From Anthoceros angustus (taxonomy: Eukaryota > Plantae > Anthocerotophyta): a stretch of 64,000 nucleotides of DNA. The stretch's first letter is position 1, and every line of letters starts with the position of its first letter. The translations under genes were made by a program, and so were the position numbers. Below, one piece after another: positions 24,236 to 37,300 of this stretch. The notes beneath the pieces were generated by a model. The model had not been told where the DNA came from and did no database searches. It worked only from the letters and a program-made list of their open reading frames with translations. The stretch spans positions 1-64,000 of the forward strand of contig VJWM01000302.1 of NCBI GenBank assembly GCA_010909165.1, given 5' to 3'.

Positions 24236-24680
24236 TGCAAAACGCGATCGTTATCCCTTCCAAGCACTCTCGTGGAACGCGAAGCCGCGCAACGCCTTCG
24301 GAGAGATCTTAGGGCAACCTCGCCGACACCCCTCTATCCCTAGCTCACATTCGCCACCCCAGCGGGAGCTGTAGCCATGGTCGCCCTCTCTTCGGCAAAC
24401 ATCGCCAATCCGCCCGCCCGCGATTGCGCCCCTTAAACCACCTACACGCGGCAGCTGCAACGGTCGCGGGCAAAAGCGATCGCGGCGCACGAACCGGTGG
24501 CCAGTGGCCGTCGATCACAGCGCTTCGTCTCCATGTGAACCCGCCTCATGCCTCGAATATGCCGTTGCGCTCCACACATGACTATACACATCTTTGTTTC
24601 ACATACTATCATGCCATCATGCTATCCACCACACACATGCATCCTTTCTCCTATACCTATACCCGCCAGCTTGATTGCCA
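24236..24680 (-). repeat. 5' terminal repeat (Y only, 445 bp) of the DNMT-Gypsy
   Basis: Direct repeat of 15558-16002; begins TGCAAAACG and ends TTGCCA on the + strand. Confidence 0.88.
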
Positions 24681-25101
24681 TGTGGAGACCCTTGCTGCGT
24701 CCAGGAAGCGGCGGCGGCGTCGGACGGACGAGCAACGTGGTGGGGGAACTCGGGAGGCGTGAAGAGCCGGACGGAGGCTAGCGGAGCAGCGGAGGAGGTC
24801 CGGAACATGACCCACCACTCTTTTTCCAAGTGTGATCGTCGGGAGGGTGAGGGAGAATGGACTAGGCGGACGAGCAGGCGGTGGGTGCAGACGGTGAGGT
24901 CCTTAAACGTTTGGCTGCTGGGCTGATCGGTGAAGACGTTAAGAGTGGTTAGTCGTGGGGTGTGCACGCTCAGGTCAGCTTGGTCACTCGTGGGGTGAGA
25001 ATCGGTTGGCGTGCCAAGCCAGACCTATCATTCTCTTGGGAGCGGACCCTTGCTGGCGACACGGGATTGTGCGCGGTGGCCGTCGTGATCGCGCCACATT
25101 T

Positions 25102-25119
25102 TTGCACCGTTGCCGGGGA
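25102..25119 (+). promoter_or_regulatory. tRNA-Asp-type PBS (Athila-like) of Gypsy B1
   Basis: TTGCACCGTTGCCGGGGA versus the Athila-type TGGCGCCGTTGCCGGGGA, 3 nt after the LTR end CCACA. Confidence 0.8.
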
Positions 25120-25299
25120 ATGAGATCGTTCCGTAGCATAGTGCGAAGGTAAGGGTGAATCGTGAAGGGGCGTGGTGGTCAAGAACAAATCGTGGGGTGA
25201 GGGCGGACGTCGTGTATAAGGCCTTCGAGCTCGGGAATGCAAGCTGACAAGCTCAACGAGGGTTCGGACCCGTAAGCGGTGGCGTGAAGCGCGGTAGAT

Positions 25300-26589
25300 T
25301 TGTCAGACCGTGAGGAGGACGTAGTGCAAAGTCCGGCGACAGTAAGGGGGACGGTGAATCCTCAACCACTGTTGGCTGCGGCGATGGCTACGACGTCGAC
25401 AAAGCAAGCATACTCCCTCTTTGGGGGAAAGAAGGAGAGGGACGCGGAAACTTTCGTGGAGGATTTCTTGTCTCGTGCAAACTTCAACGGAGAAGGCTGG
25501 ATTTAGCTCATTCAAGCATTTAGGGGTCGCCGGGGCGGCGGCTCGGTGATGCTTGGAGAAATGCTGGGCACCCGACCCCCTCCTCCAAACTTTGAAGCGT
25601 TGAAGGATGCCTTCCTGGAAAGATTCCGCGAGATCGACCAGGAAGGCTACGTCCTGTCCAAGCTCGAGAATGCAGGCGGGGAAAAAGCGGAGGCTGCAGG
25701 ATCGTACATCGGCGGTTCTACACCCCTCGGGACCGGCACCCCACTCACCACCATGCGAGGCGTGCGATGGTTGTGACGACCTACCTAAGCCAATGGCCAA
25801 GCATGTGCTGCTGCTCGCCGAGAAGGATGTGAGTAAAGCGGTCCGGGCAGAAGAGAACTACGAAGAATCGATGCACCAACGAAGAACGAGGACGACTCAA
25901 GGAGGGAAGAAGAAGAAGAAGAGATGGAGTTCGGAGTCTGAAGATGAGGAGCCCTCGGAAGAGGAGGGTGAAGAGATTGAGGTTACTTCGGAGGAAGAGG
26001 AGGAGATCTCCGAGGTAGAGTCCGAAGTCTCTACGGAGGAGGAGGAACCCCACCATAAAAATAAAAAGAAGAGGCCCGTGGTGAAGCGAAGGGTCAGAAG
26101 GTTGTGATGCTTGGCGCGAGGCTCCACGGATCGGCCCCTTAAAAGTAGCGGGTTTGAGGAGGACATGGAGAGTAATGAAAGGTGGAGGAGTTAACGATCA
26201 ACGGTGAAAGATCGCGGGAAGGCAGCCCTGCAGTCCGGACCCATTTGTATGGTGTGCGGTGTGCCACCAGCACCGGGCACTTTCGAGAGGCTACGCCCCT
26301 CGGCCCGTGAACCAAGTGGAGTCCGACTACGAGGAGGTCGGAGGAACAATGGGAGGGCGCAACACCACCAGAGTGCGGAGAGTTCCTCAGGGGCGCGATA
26401 TCCAAGGCGATGTATCCTATATAGGCGGGGGTCCGTCATGCCCGTACCGATGCAACACACATGAGGCACCCGAAATTCTCGAGCGATGGTGCAGTGAGGT
26501 GGGGAAACCAGGCACCACTCAGCACGCTTGCCCATACCCACCCAGGCAAGGTAATTGGAGATTTTGAGCAGCACAGTGGGGATTGCAAG
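25300..26589 (+). pseudogene. gag: Gypsy B1 gag (frameshifted, truncated by element A1)
   Basis: FGGKKERDAETFVEDF and NFEALKDAFLERF (retrotransposon gag-like). LLLAEKDVSKAVRA.ENYEESMHQRRTRT is nearly identical to 59309-59506 on the minus strand. Confidence 0.8.
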
Positions 26590-29279
26590 TGTGGGAGGAA
26601 AACCACAGGGCTTCAAGGCTTCCCCCTCTAAGCGGCCACACTTATCCCATTTAGCCCGTCACGTTGGGTTTCGTCCCATGAGACTCGTGTGAAAGTTCGA
26701 GTCTTGTGATAATAGATCGCTACTGCGGTGACACAACTACCGACCTTCTAAACAAGCAGGCGCCCTCTACTCACCCTCTTCACGGTGCACAGCTTGCCTT
26801 TCAGAAAGACTACCAATTCTCAACCTACAATGACACCATTGCAGGTCCTGCCTTAGCAGCAAGGAGCCTACCACGGGCGCCGGGGACCCCAGTCCACACA
26901 CACAATTTCGTCCCTACTTCTAAGACCAATCTTCTCCACTCGAGGCGCCCTTTTACTTGCAGTTGGGATTCGTCCCTTAGGCACACAGCCTTCCACTAAC
27001 GTCTACACTCTAATCCTCTACTCGTCTCCTCCTCTTCCTCCTATTCTAACCTCAGTTCGGGCTTACTGGATTCGGCTCGCCTTAGCTGTTGCACGGTCGG
27101 CCTCCACCAGCAAGTTCTTCATTGGGCCAGTTGCTATGAGTTTGACACGGCAGAGCACCTCCGGGGAGTCTTTCCTGGATTAACCTCAAGAGAGTTCCAC
27201 AGGCATTGCCACACACCCGAGCAAAGCAATTTCACGGCAACCATTCACAAAGAGCAACTCGTTTAGGCACTTGCAGGAAGCAAGCCCTCCACCAAACCAC
27301 GACTTCCTCTCTACCCTGACTGCGTTGGCTCACGGTGACACGAAATTCCTTTACAAGGGCAAAGGACTCGGGGGTATGGAGCGCAAAGACATGATACTTT
27401 ACTTTGAAATCCTCCTCTCCTCTTATAGGAGGCCTTCCACATACAACCTCCCTTGGGTGACCCTCAGTGGGTCACCTTTTCCAATATTCTATTATTTCCT
27501 ACACTTGCATTTAAGGCACGGCATCTAAGTCTCTTGCCTGATTCGAGGTAAATTCTATTCTAGCAACTTCACCTAAGATCATCCTTAAGGATGTCGACTT
27601 ATCTCACCTATCCTTTCTATTCTCCTACTCACATTTATGGTCTTTGACCATACCTAGTCCTCACCTTGCTGGGATAGTGGCATGTCCTTTGTGGATTGGC
27701 TCCCTCGCCCTCCTTTTGCTCTGCCTTCCCGATCACATCGTCATCTTCCTAGTGTGGGGCAAGTACAATTTTGCCCCTTCCTCCATTCCAGCGGTGGCTG
27801 ATTCCCCTCATCATCCTCGTGCTTTTACCCCTTCCGTCGTAGCCCTTTCTTCCGGCTTTGGCTCCTTCTTCAATCACCCTACGTGAGTGGCGGACTCAGA
27901 GTAACGACTACCATGGTAGTCTGGTCCCCTTCTCCTTTCTTCCTTCCTTTTCATTGGTGGTGACCCTTGGGTTGGAATCCTCTTTGCTTCTTTCCTCCTG
28001 TTTGGTTTGTCCATACCGATCATGGAGCATCTTCAAAGAGTCTTGAAGAGTCTAGAGGAGTTAATAGCGACATCTTCATGGTCGATGTCGCTATTAACTC
28101 CTCCGGACCCTTTTTTATAGAATAATTTGGATGAATGTAATAGATAGTACAAAAGAGTGATCCCAGTTGGTTCAAAACCCAAGGATGTGTTAATTGATCA
28201 ATTCATTTGTTGATTGATTAATGGATTTATTTTCTTTTCCTTCCATTTTGGTAGATCACGTGAGGTCAAGATCCAAGGAGATAATTGTATGGTATTTATG
28301 TATGTCCTAGTAGAAAAGTCTATCATAAAAAGTAATTACACTTCTAGGATACTATGCTATACATGCATGTCATAGTATGAAAGACTACCATGAAGAGTGA
28401 TTCCTCACTTGAGATAGTATGCTATATATATGTATATCAGAGTAGGAAAGACGATATATCATATAAAGTGAGTATCTGATTCTTGCAAAATTTAGCACTT
28501 GTTCTTGCGACCGCAAATTTGATAGTTCAAAATGAAATCAAAACAAAACTCCATGAACTTTCTTAATGGAAGTGGCCCGAAGTTGATGATCTCCAAATGC
28601 AATATCATAGCTTGGGGGCTCACCTCCAAACCGAATTTTGAAGGCCAACAATGAAGTCTTACGATTGGCCAGAGGAGGACATTGGGTCCTCCATGATGAT
28701 GACGAGGAAGCTGCGGCAAGTGAGCGGAGGCCTCAGAGCTTTAGACGAGGGCCACGAGTGACACGGACTCAGGAGTCAGGGAGGAGATGGAGGCGGTGTG
28801 CAAGGGGAAGAAGATGAGTCGGAGGCAAGGAGGGGACAGCCCGCCCTCCGCGGTCACGCTACCACGGTGGTGCCGGACTACCGTGGTGGCTCCTCGCATG
28901 TCGCGGACTGGGGCGTGGCCGGTACCAGCCAGGCGAGGGGCACGAGGGGGAGTCGGGCCGTGAAGGCACTGGTGTGGTGAGCCAGGGGTCCGGTGGCATA
29001 CCCCACAGAAGGAGATGAGGCGGTGGAGAAAGCTTGCCGATTGGAAGACAGAGCCTATCACTGAGCTCGGGGGGACCCCGCCGCAATTTCGTCCCTACTT
29101 CTAGACCAATCTTCTCCCTCGGGCGCCCTTTTACTTGTAGATTTGGGATTCGTCCCTTAGGCTGCACTGTGGCCTTCCATTAACACCTACACTCTAATCC
29201 TCTACTCATCTCCTCCTCTTCCTCCTATTCTAACCTCAGTTCGGGTTTACTGGCCTCGGCTCGCCCTACCAGGTTCTTC

Positions 29280-31070
29280 GCAATTCTTCTTCCATGTCCC
29301 GGATCTTGATGGCTTGAGTAGCCATCACTTGTTCTTGCGCATCCACTTCTTTGGACACTTTGCTTTTCTCGTCCTAGAGCCTCGTGCTTGCTCTTCCTCT
29401 CCACGCTCTAGGTGGGCAAAGTGCTCCTCGCCTTTTGCCTCCATGAGTCCCTTTGGGTGGTGGCTCGAATAGCCCTCTCCTCCGTTTGGGACAGTTTCCC
29501 CTCCAGGACCTTCTCCGCCTGCCGTTGATCCATAAGGTCGCTGGGTTTCCCCGGCCTTTTCCAACTTGGCTGCCTTCTCACTTTCGTTGATCCATAAGGT
29601 GTGGCTGGGTTTCCAGCCTTTTCCAACTTTGAAGCCTTCTCATCGGACTCCATGGCCTCCAATTGCCATTTGGTCCTTGCTCTTCTCTCTGTCATCTCTT
29701 GGGCCTTATTCGCTCGGACTTCCTCTTGACAGGCCCATAAGGAGGCTGCTAGGTCTCTAGCCCCCTTCAAATCCACAGTGAGTGCCTCTGGCACTCGGAC
29801 AAATCTCTAGGGGCCCCAATTTTGCCCCATGACCTCTTCTTTGGAAATTTCCAGCCTTCCCACACTCCTCGGGCCATCGCGCGGCGGCGTAGGCCCTCGC
29901 ACCGTCGCCCCATCTGCTCTCCACGGTAGTGATGGTGTCTGGGCGCTCATGAGCGCCTCAGCTCCTTCCTTCCTCTTCCCTACCGTGGGCTGCGCCTCTG
30001 CGTGGGGTGCCTCCGCGGTGGCACTGTATCTCGTGGTGGGGTGGCTCACGGTGAGCGAGGGTGGTGCCTCCCCTTGGGGTGGGCTGCCTCCCCTCTTGGG
30101 GTGGGGTGCCTCCTCTGGGCACTTGCGAGATGGTGGGGACTCCTCCCACCCTTGGGGTCACCTCATGGTAGTCTCGGCCTTAGACTACCACAGCCCTCTG
30201 GCGGATCTTGCTCTTCTTGTGGGGAAAGGCCTCCCACTCCGGAACCTTGTTGCCTCCGCCACTCTCTGCTCTCGGTCACAGGGTCCTTGTGGAGTTTGTC
30301 CTCCCATGGTCTTCCTCGGTATGAAAGGGTGAGGCCTCTCTAAGCTTGGCTGGAGGTGGATGATCTCAAGGATGCCAAGCATCCTCAAACTCTTCTTGGT
30401 CAGAGCCCTCGTTTCCTGCACCAAATAGGTCTTTGAGGTAACAGCCTTGGCTCATCCACGAATTGCTAAGGAGCTTCTCCACATGATGGATGTAGGCCTC
30501 ATACATGAAAGTGCCCCAATCGGCTTGGCTCCTGAGATCTTCCACAAAAACTGGAGGAAGTTGGTCTTTGAAATAAGAGGTCGTTGGTAATTCACCAACC
30601 AACACAATTTTGGCAAGGCCTGCCACTTGACTCCTTGATCTGTCGGTCTTCCGGCCATTCTTGGCGTGGGCCTTCACTCCTCCGTCCATCATGTCAGGAC
30701 CTCTGCGGAATTTCGAGAAATCCTCTTCCCTCCATTTGTCCTCTCGAGAGAGCAATTCTGAGCTCTCCTCCTCGGTCTCCCATACACTTGGCGAATGCTC
30801 GGGGACATCGGCAGCGGATCCGTCGAGCATTCCTCTCCACGGCTTTATTGATGGAGGTTGATGTAACACTCCTCAATCAACTCCAAATTGGTGTAGGCCA
30901 TTGGCGGCCATACACCCATCCCAGTGGATGTTCTCCTCTTAGCCCATTGCGAAATCTACCAAATCGCGGGGTTGTTGCTGCAAAGCAGTGAATTGGGCAT
31001 TCAAATCCTCTCCTCACAGGTGGCGACCTCCTGCCGCCTTCTTTTCCTTCCTCCTCGTGAGGAGGAACCT
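29280..31070 (-). pseudogene. LTR-embedded accessory ORF of A1 (frameshifted)
   Basis: LGWVYGRQW, DGGVKAHAKNG, ADWGTFMYE and a coiled-coil tail; homologous to 38123-40283. Confidence 0.75.
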
Positions 31071-32047
31071 GGCGGTTCCTTCCCTTGCCCTTCCTTGAGG
31101 CATGGCGTCTTTCTTCCCAAGTGCTTCTAGGGGGTGAATTACTTCCCAAGTCTTGAGGAGAGCTACTTCCCAATGGCTTGTTCCCAAGTGCTTCTCCTCC
31201 TCTTGGGCGGCCAAAACCTCTCGAGACACAATTCAACGTTAGGCTGTGATGCTTCGGTTATGCAATTTTCCTCGAGCTCTCCTTCGGGCAAGCGCCTTGG
31301 GTGTAGTCGCGCGTTCTTCTTTAATCCCTTCCACAATTCGAGGTTATAGTGTGTTCAACCTGCGCCTCCCGGCGTTGGCGTCGCCTCGCCTCAAAGTTGC
31401 TCCTCCCTCCACTCCGTTCGAGGCTCGGAAGGTTCCTTCACGTCGCTCACGGCTTCTTCTCTTCTCCTTCCTTAGCCTCCGCTCTTCAATCGAGTTTCCT
31501 TCCTTCTCGGTGGCGACTCCCTCTTGTGCTCAACTTGTTCGCGTGGTGGTGGCGGCGATGGCGGTTTCTCCTTCTCCTCTTGCGCTTCTCCGGCTCAGTC
31601 TGATCTTGGCAGTGGGGCGCCCAATTGGTGGTGCCCCAAAGCGCACTTTGCCCTCCTTGGATGGACGGGCGCTCGACCCTAGATTTGGTTCACCATCCTA
31701 AAATACCTAATCCTCCTAACCTACCTGTATCCTTGTTTACTACCTCTAATTAATCTAATTATCTATTTATCTATTCCCTATTGGTGAGCATATATAGTGG
31801 ATATCCCCTATATTAATTTCTTTTGCGAGATCTCGTCGACCTACCACGGTAGTCTGCTTGACCTATCATGGTCTGCTTCCTCTCGCCCTCAGGCATAGTG
31901 TGGCGACCCTCTGATGATGCTTGACCTGCCTTGGTGCCTTCCCGTCTCGCCTAGGAGTCGTTTTGACCTATTTCTTTTCCTGCGATATCCTCGCCTTCCT
32001 AACAATATTCCCTAGCTCACGGTTCTCGAAATTTCCTAGCATGTCCT

Positions 32048-34370
32048 TGTGGACAACGGACTCTCCTTAGGGTTAGGAAATAGGTGTTTGATTTCGTAGG
32101 TATGGAGTGTAAAATAAAGCGGAAAGGGAGGAAGAACACGGATGGCACTCGGGGTGTACATGCACTCACGGACTCGGGGTGAGTAGCGGACCACAGAGCC
32201 CACTCAGGAGGACCTTGGACTACGCCGAGTATCGGGATAATCGGACCCCCCCTCGGATCAAATGGGACCGTCGCAAGTAAAGTAACTTAGAAGTTGGGCG
32301 TGAGTTAGGCAGGCGGTGCCACATGGGACATGCGAGAGGAGGGCGGGCATCTGCGGACTAGGACCCGCGGGGTTGCCGATGGCGTTGGGTGCATTCACGC
32401 TCAGTACAGGTTCGGCGTAAGGTTAAATGCCTGTGGCATGGCGAGTAAGCGGAATCGTAAGGCGGGGAGTAGCGTATGCGGACCTCGGCGATTCACAGGC
32501 GGCGAAGGACACCCTCCGCTCATGCTACTCGGCGTCGCACAGGCTAGACCATTTCTCTTTGTGACCTCGCGCGGCATGATCTCGCGCTCGCCACCCCTCT
32601 GGCGCTATCTCTTGGGCACCCGGGCACCTTGGCAGCTCACCTTCGTGGTTGGAGGCGTGAGCAGCGAAGGCGTAGCGCCCGATTATCACAGACAATTGCC
32701 TACAGCGGAGGGGAAAGAAGGCGGCAATGGGACCCAAGAAGGCGGCGGAAGTGTAGAGCCACAGGCGCTGGTGGAGCGCAACATCGTCACCCGGAGATAT
32801 CCCGACTTGGACCACCGGTTGGCGGAGGCGGAGAGGACACAGTGGAGAAGTGGCACCTTGACATCTTGAGCGGTTTGGGACGTTTGGCATCACGTCGGAA
32901 TCAGAAGATCTTTGGCGTTGCCAATAAGAATGCGCTCAAGAGCCTAAGGAGGACCCGGAGGTGGACGTGGAGGTCTGAGGAGGTATGCCCGGTGGAGGAG
33001 ATTGGGGGTGTAGTTCCAGAGCCCCTCAAGGTGAGAGGGAAGGTGGAAGCGGCAAAGGCGGCGATGCTGAGGCCAGGGACCCAGCGGTCGTCCAATGGCT
33101 GGCTGATGTCGGACCTACTGGATAGGCGCGTGAGGGCAGTGGCTAAGGTCATTGTCCATTGGAACATGCTCACCAAGGTGGATCACCTTGGTGACAATCT
33201 GTTGGTTTTCCTGCACGCCCTCCAGCGAGGCAAACGGACCGATTGGGGAAGAATCATCCTCGCTCGGATCAATCAGGAAGCCAGGAAGCTACGGAGTGAG
33301 AAGCCGCCTCCTTCGGCGTTGTCCCCCTTCCTCATCCATGTGTGGGGCCACCTCAACCTCACGAAGGAGAGGAGGCAGGCGCTTGAGGAAAGGGGTGGCG
33401 GCACTGAGGCGGAGGCGGGAAGGGGTGGCGCCAGGCGAGCCCGGCCAGGCCAAGCAGGTCGGAGAAGATGATTGGGAGGATTCGGACTCCATTCGGAGCG
33501 GACACCCTCGCCGCCGGAGGTATGGGAGGATATTCCGCCTCCTCATTCAGTTCGAGACGGAGGCGGGCCTTGACGGGTGCACCCAGGAAGGGAGGCTGGC
33601 CCGTGGCGGCGCACGGCAACCCGCCACAACTCCGGCGGAGCCACGCGGGGGCAAGCAGTGATCAAGGCGGAAGGTGGCTCCCCTGCGAGCGCCAAGGCTT
33701 CCCGGTGCCTCTGCCTGCCTGGTGGGCGAAGGGAGGCGATAAGCGGCGAGGGGCGGCCCAAGGCGGGGGCCCTTTGGCGGCCACATCGAGCCCGTCATGT
33801 CTCCGGCGGGAAGGCAGCTAGCTCGAACTCCCTCACCCCCTCCGAGCCCAGAAAGAGGCGGAGAAGGTGGCGGCCAAGAGGGCCAAGGAAGGTGAGGCTC
33901 GGGACCTCATTTTCGAGACCTAAGAGGTCTGATTAGGTCCGAGAGAGCCCGGTCAGGACGCTCGACTCAGTATGGGTCCTTAGCGGGCCAAGGAGATGCC
34001 GCACCACAGCGGACTTCTTGGGTGCCTCACGGTGGCGGCCGTGGAAGAGACACGGCGGGTTTTAGCTACTCATGGGCATCTCTGGTCTCTGTGGGGCCCA
34101 GAGAGAAAGACCCGAGGAGGTAACAGGCGCATGGTGCTCCTCCGGGAAGCGGATGGAGGCGGCCAGGCAAGAGAAGGCGGAATCCCTCGAATTGAGGAGG
34201 AAGCCTGGGAGGCGGAAGCAGGAGAGTCTGGTCCATTCGGCAGGACCAGACCAAGGTCCTTCAGTTGTGAATGGTGAAGAGCCTGGGAGGCCCAAATGCA
34301 GGCGGACCTCTGCGAGAAGGAGGGAGTGGCCTTGAGCCGAGAGGAGGCGGAGGGCAAGCGGGAGAGGCCG
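32048..34370 (+). mobile_element. B3: 3'-truncated B-family LTR inserted into the A1 LTR
   Basis: Starts TGTGGAC..GGACTCTCC, matching the B2 LTR start (reverse complement of 47344-47534), and continues collinear with the reverse complement of 41750-43927. Confidence 0.82.
32629..33471 (+). pseudogene. LTR-embedded accessory ORF of B3 (best-preserved segment)
   Basis: SNGWLMSDLLDRRVRAVAKVIVHWNMLTKVDHLGDNLLVFLHALQRGKRTDWGRIILARINQE...ALSPFLIHVWGHL; homologous DNA at ~42900-43500 on the minus strand. Confidence 0.72.
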
Positions 34371-37300
34371 GGACCTAGTTCAAAAAAAAATCAAGTTCGT
34401 GCTTCCTCTGGCTCTTTTGGGCTGGTTGCCCAAACTTTTGCATTCACATACTCCCTCCTCCTGTCGCGTCCTCGCAAACAAGCAGTGGTGAAGGTACTTC
34501 TTAACCTTCCACCCATTCACTCTAGTAGGCAGTAATTCTCCTCCCGGCACTCGCGATTGCGGATCCATTCTGGTATCGCCACCACCTCATAAGGTCCCAT
34601 CCATCTCGACCTAATCTTCCCAGAAGTCCAGTGCAAACTATCGTATAGGAGACAAATCCCGACCACAACCTCACCTTCCTCATCTTCCCATCATGCCGGT
34701 CTTTCCTGAGTTCTTGAATCCGCTGGGTTTCTTCTAAGGCGTCTTCTCTACGTTCCTCCTGTTCTACGAAAGACTCTAACCTAGCTACTTGACTATCTTC
34801 TACGGTCATTGTGGCGCGACTTTCGCTGACGGTCAACTGGGCGCGCACAATCCCGTGTCGTTGTAGTAAGGAGGTCCGTTCCCAAGAGAATGATAGGCTC
34901 CGTTGGCCACGTTTCAAGCGTTTCTCACCTCACGTAGTACCCGTCTTAGACTCCGCACACACATTCATCGTTTTCGACTTCGTATCATTCACCGGACGGG
35001 CCAGCGTGGCGACGTTTAAGGACCCGTTCGCGTCGTGTCATTCAAGTTGTCACTCGCCCTCTAGTCGTTCCTCTCATTCACACTTCACTCACTATCCTTG
35101 GGAAAAATCGCGTGGCTGCGTGATCGGGACCTCCTCCGCTTTGCTGGGCCTCCGTCCGGGCTCTACGCCCTCAGGAGTTCCCCTAGCTCCACCACGTTCC
35201 CGGTCAGGTGGCCTTTGGGTGTTGCTCGGGACAGCAAGTCGGGTGCCTTCCCTGCACACACCACCACGTTAGGGTCCGTCACGGGACCTTGATCGATCTC
35301 TCCGGGGCTGTCGGCTTGCTTTCGGATGACTCGGGACTCCGTTCGAAGGCACGCAAGGGCCGCAAGGCATCAACACCAAGAGAAAGATACTTTGCCGAGG
35401 CAGCCTCGGCCCTCTTGTCTCGCGAATGTCGGCGTCTTTGTCCCACCTATTGCAGCGTGGCCATTCGGTGTGCCCTAATCGGCCGCCTACCATCTTCGCC
35501 TCCCCTATCTCGTCGTCGGTAGTGGGCTGGGGATGCCTTGGTTCGCCTCGGCCGGTAACCCTCCTTGCCTGCGGGTGCGCCCCATGGATGATCCGGCGAA
35601 CCTTCCCCTTCCTAGACTGTCGAGGTTGGGCTCGGCGTGATCGGCCCGCACCACCACATCTTCCTCCTGGCCCGGTGGGTCCCCTCGATGGGGCCCGTGG
35701 CTGTTCCCCTTGCGTGAGTGGGAGGGGTCCCCCTCACCTCTGTCGGACCTGGAGGTCGGTCTCGGCTCCAGTCGGCAGTTCGAGACTTATTTCCCAGTCG
35801 GTCTTCCAAGTCGGTCTCATCTCGAGGTTACCCTCAAGGTCGAACACCAGTCATCCTCAAGTCCGGACCCCCAACCTCCGGACCACCTCTTGGAAGTGTC
35901 TCATGACCTCCTTCCATGGCGGATCCAGTTGGTTTCCTCCTTCCTCACCTCCTTGGGACCCTTGTCCCTATCCTCCTTGTTGATTGGTTGCGGCTGTCTT
36001 ACCTCCAAGTCGGTTGTGTTGGCGCGTCCTTGCTCCTCTGGGGCTCTTCTCCGCCCGCTGCCGTCGTCCCCAAGCAGGGGCCACCAAGGCCCCGTCTTTG
36101 TCCCCATGCCCTTCTTGCCAGACCTTGAGGTTCATCCGATTGCGGTGGCCGGGAAGCTTCGATGCCTTGAGGGCTCGGGGTAGTATGCGAAATCAGGTCC
36201 ATTCTTTGGATTGCCTTTTCCACACATGCGGGTGATACTCCCTTCGCCATAGGTGCTCACGAGGCTGACGTCTTGTCACGGCTTAGGTCCGTCTCCCTGC
36301 GTTTGTCGGTGGAGCCCGGTGTGGTAGGAAAACACAGGGCACTCGGTCCTCCCACTATGGCGGCCACACTTATCCCACTGTGTCGTTGGGTTTCGTCCCA
36401 TGAGACTTGTGTGAAAGTTCGAGGTCTTGTGATCACCAATCGCTACTGAGACACAACTCTCGGCCTTCTAAACAAAGGCGCCCTCTACTCTCCCTCTTCG
36501 CAGTGCACCGCACCTTTGCTTGAAAAATCGCCAATCCTCGACCTACAGCGACACAAACAATTGCGGTCGCCTCGGCGAGCCTATCACGGGCGCCGGGGAC
36601 CACAGCGATTTCGTCCCTACTTCTAAGACCACTCTTCTCCACTCGGGGCGCTCTTTTACTTGATTTGGGATTCGTCCCTTAGGCTGCACTGTGGCCTTCC
36701 ACTAACACCTACCTCTAATCCTCTACTCATCTTCTCATCTCCTCATCCTCTTCCTCCTATTCTAACCTCGATTCGGGCTTCGGGACTAGCCCTTACTGGC
36801 ACAGGTCGGCCTCCACCGGCAAGTTCTTCCTTGGGCGGTTGCTTGTGAGTTTGACACCACTCGGCGCCACGAGTCTTTCACATGGTGGTCTCCAGTGTTC
36901 ACAGGCATGCCACACACCCAAAGCAAAGCAATTTCACAACAACCATTCACAAAGCAACTCGTTTAGGCACGAGCAAGTCCTCCACCAACACTCAGACCAC
37001 GACTTCCTCTCTGCAGACTGCGTTGGCTCACGGTGCACGAAATTCCTCTGTAATGGCAAAGGACTCGATGAGGGTGGGCGCAGACATGATACTTTACTTT
37101 GTGAAATCCTCCTCCTCTTATAGGAGGCCTTCCACATACAACCTCCCTTAGGTGACCCTCTGCGGTCTATTCTAGTCCCACTATGATCCTTGTGTCTATC
37201 TCGATCCTTATCTTCTGGGGTGGTCTGACCATGTCTCTTGGGTGGTGACATACCTGCTTCTCCTTGCTCCTGTCCCTTCCCCAGATCTTGTCGCCTTCCT

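Larger units (their letters stand above)
15411..24680 (-). mobile_element. Gypsy (Ty3) retrotransposon carrying a DNA cytosine methyltransferase, integrase-PHD and an extra ORF; permuted terminal repeats
   Basis: gag-PR-DNMT-RT-RH-IN-PHD on the minus strand. Repeats: X 15411-15560 and 16003-16156; Y 15558-16002 and 24236-24680. The two flanks are consecutive parts of one B-family LTR. Confidence 0.9.
6900..26589 (+). mobile_element. Gypsy B1 (Athila-like): 5'-truncated giant 5' LTR (pieces ~6900-8022, 14898-15410, 24681-25098), PBS and gag; interrupted by two insertions
   Basis: The LTR pieces are collinear with the reverse complement of the B2 3' LTR (41324-~41620 and 34810-36319). The LTR ends CGCGCCACA at 25098 and is followed by a tRNA-Asp-type PBS. 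gag matches B2 gag. Confidence 0.82.
26590..34809 (-). mobile_element. Gypsy A1: integrase C-terminus, PPT and giant 3' LTR (26590-32047 plus ~34371-34448)
   Basis: GKIRSRWMGPYEVV...VNGWKVKKY at ~34480-34660; PPT GGAGGAGGGAGTA at 34449-34461, then TG. The LTR is collinear with 36320-41323, and its other end reads TGTGG at 26590. Confidence 0.82.

Noticed and set aside
15411-24680. Classifying the element as DIRS/Ngaro because of split direct repeats and a methyltransferase
   Set aside because: It has an aspartic protease and a DDE integrase, no recognisable tyrosine recombinase, and its MTase is C5-type rather than the DIRS adenine-MTase type.
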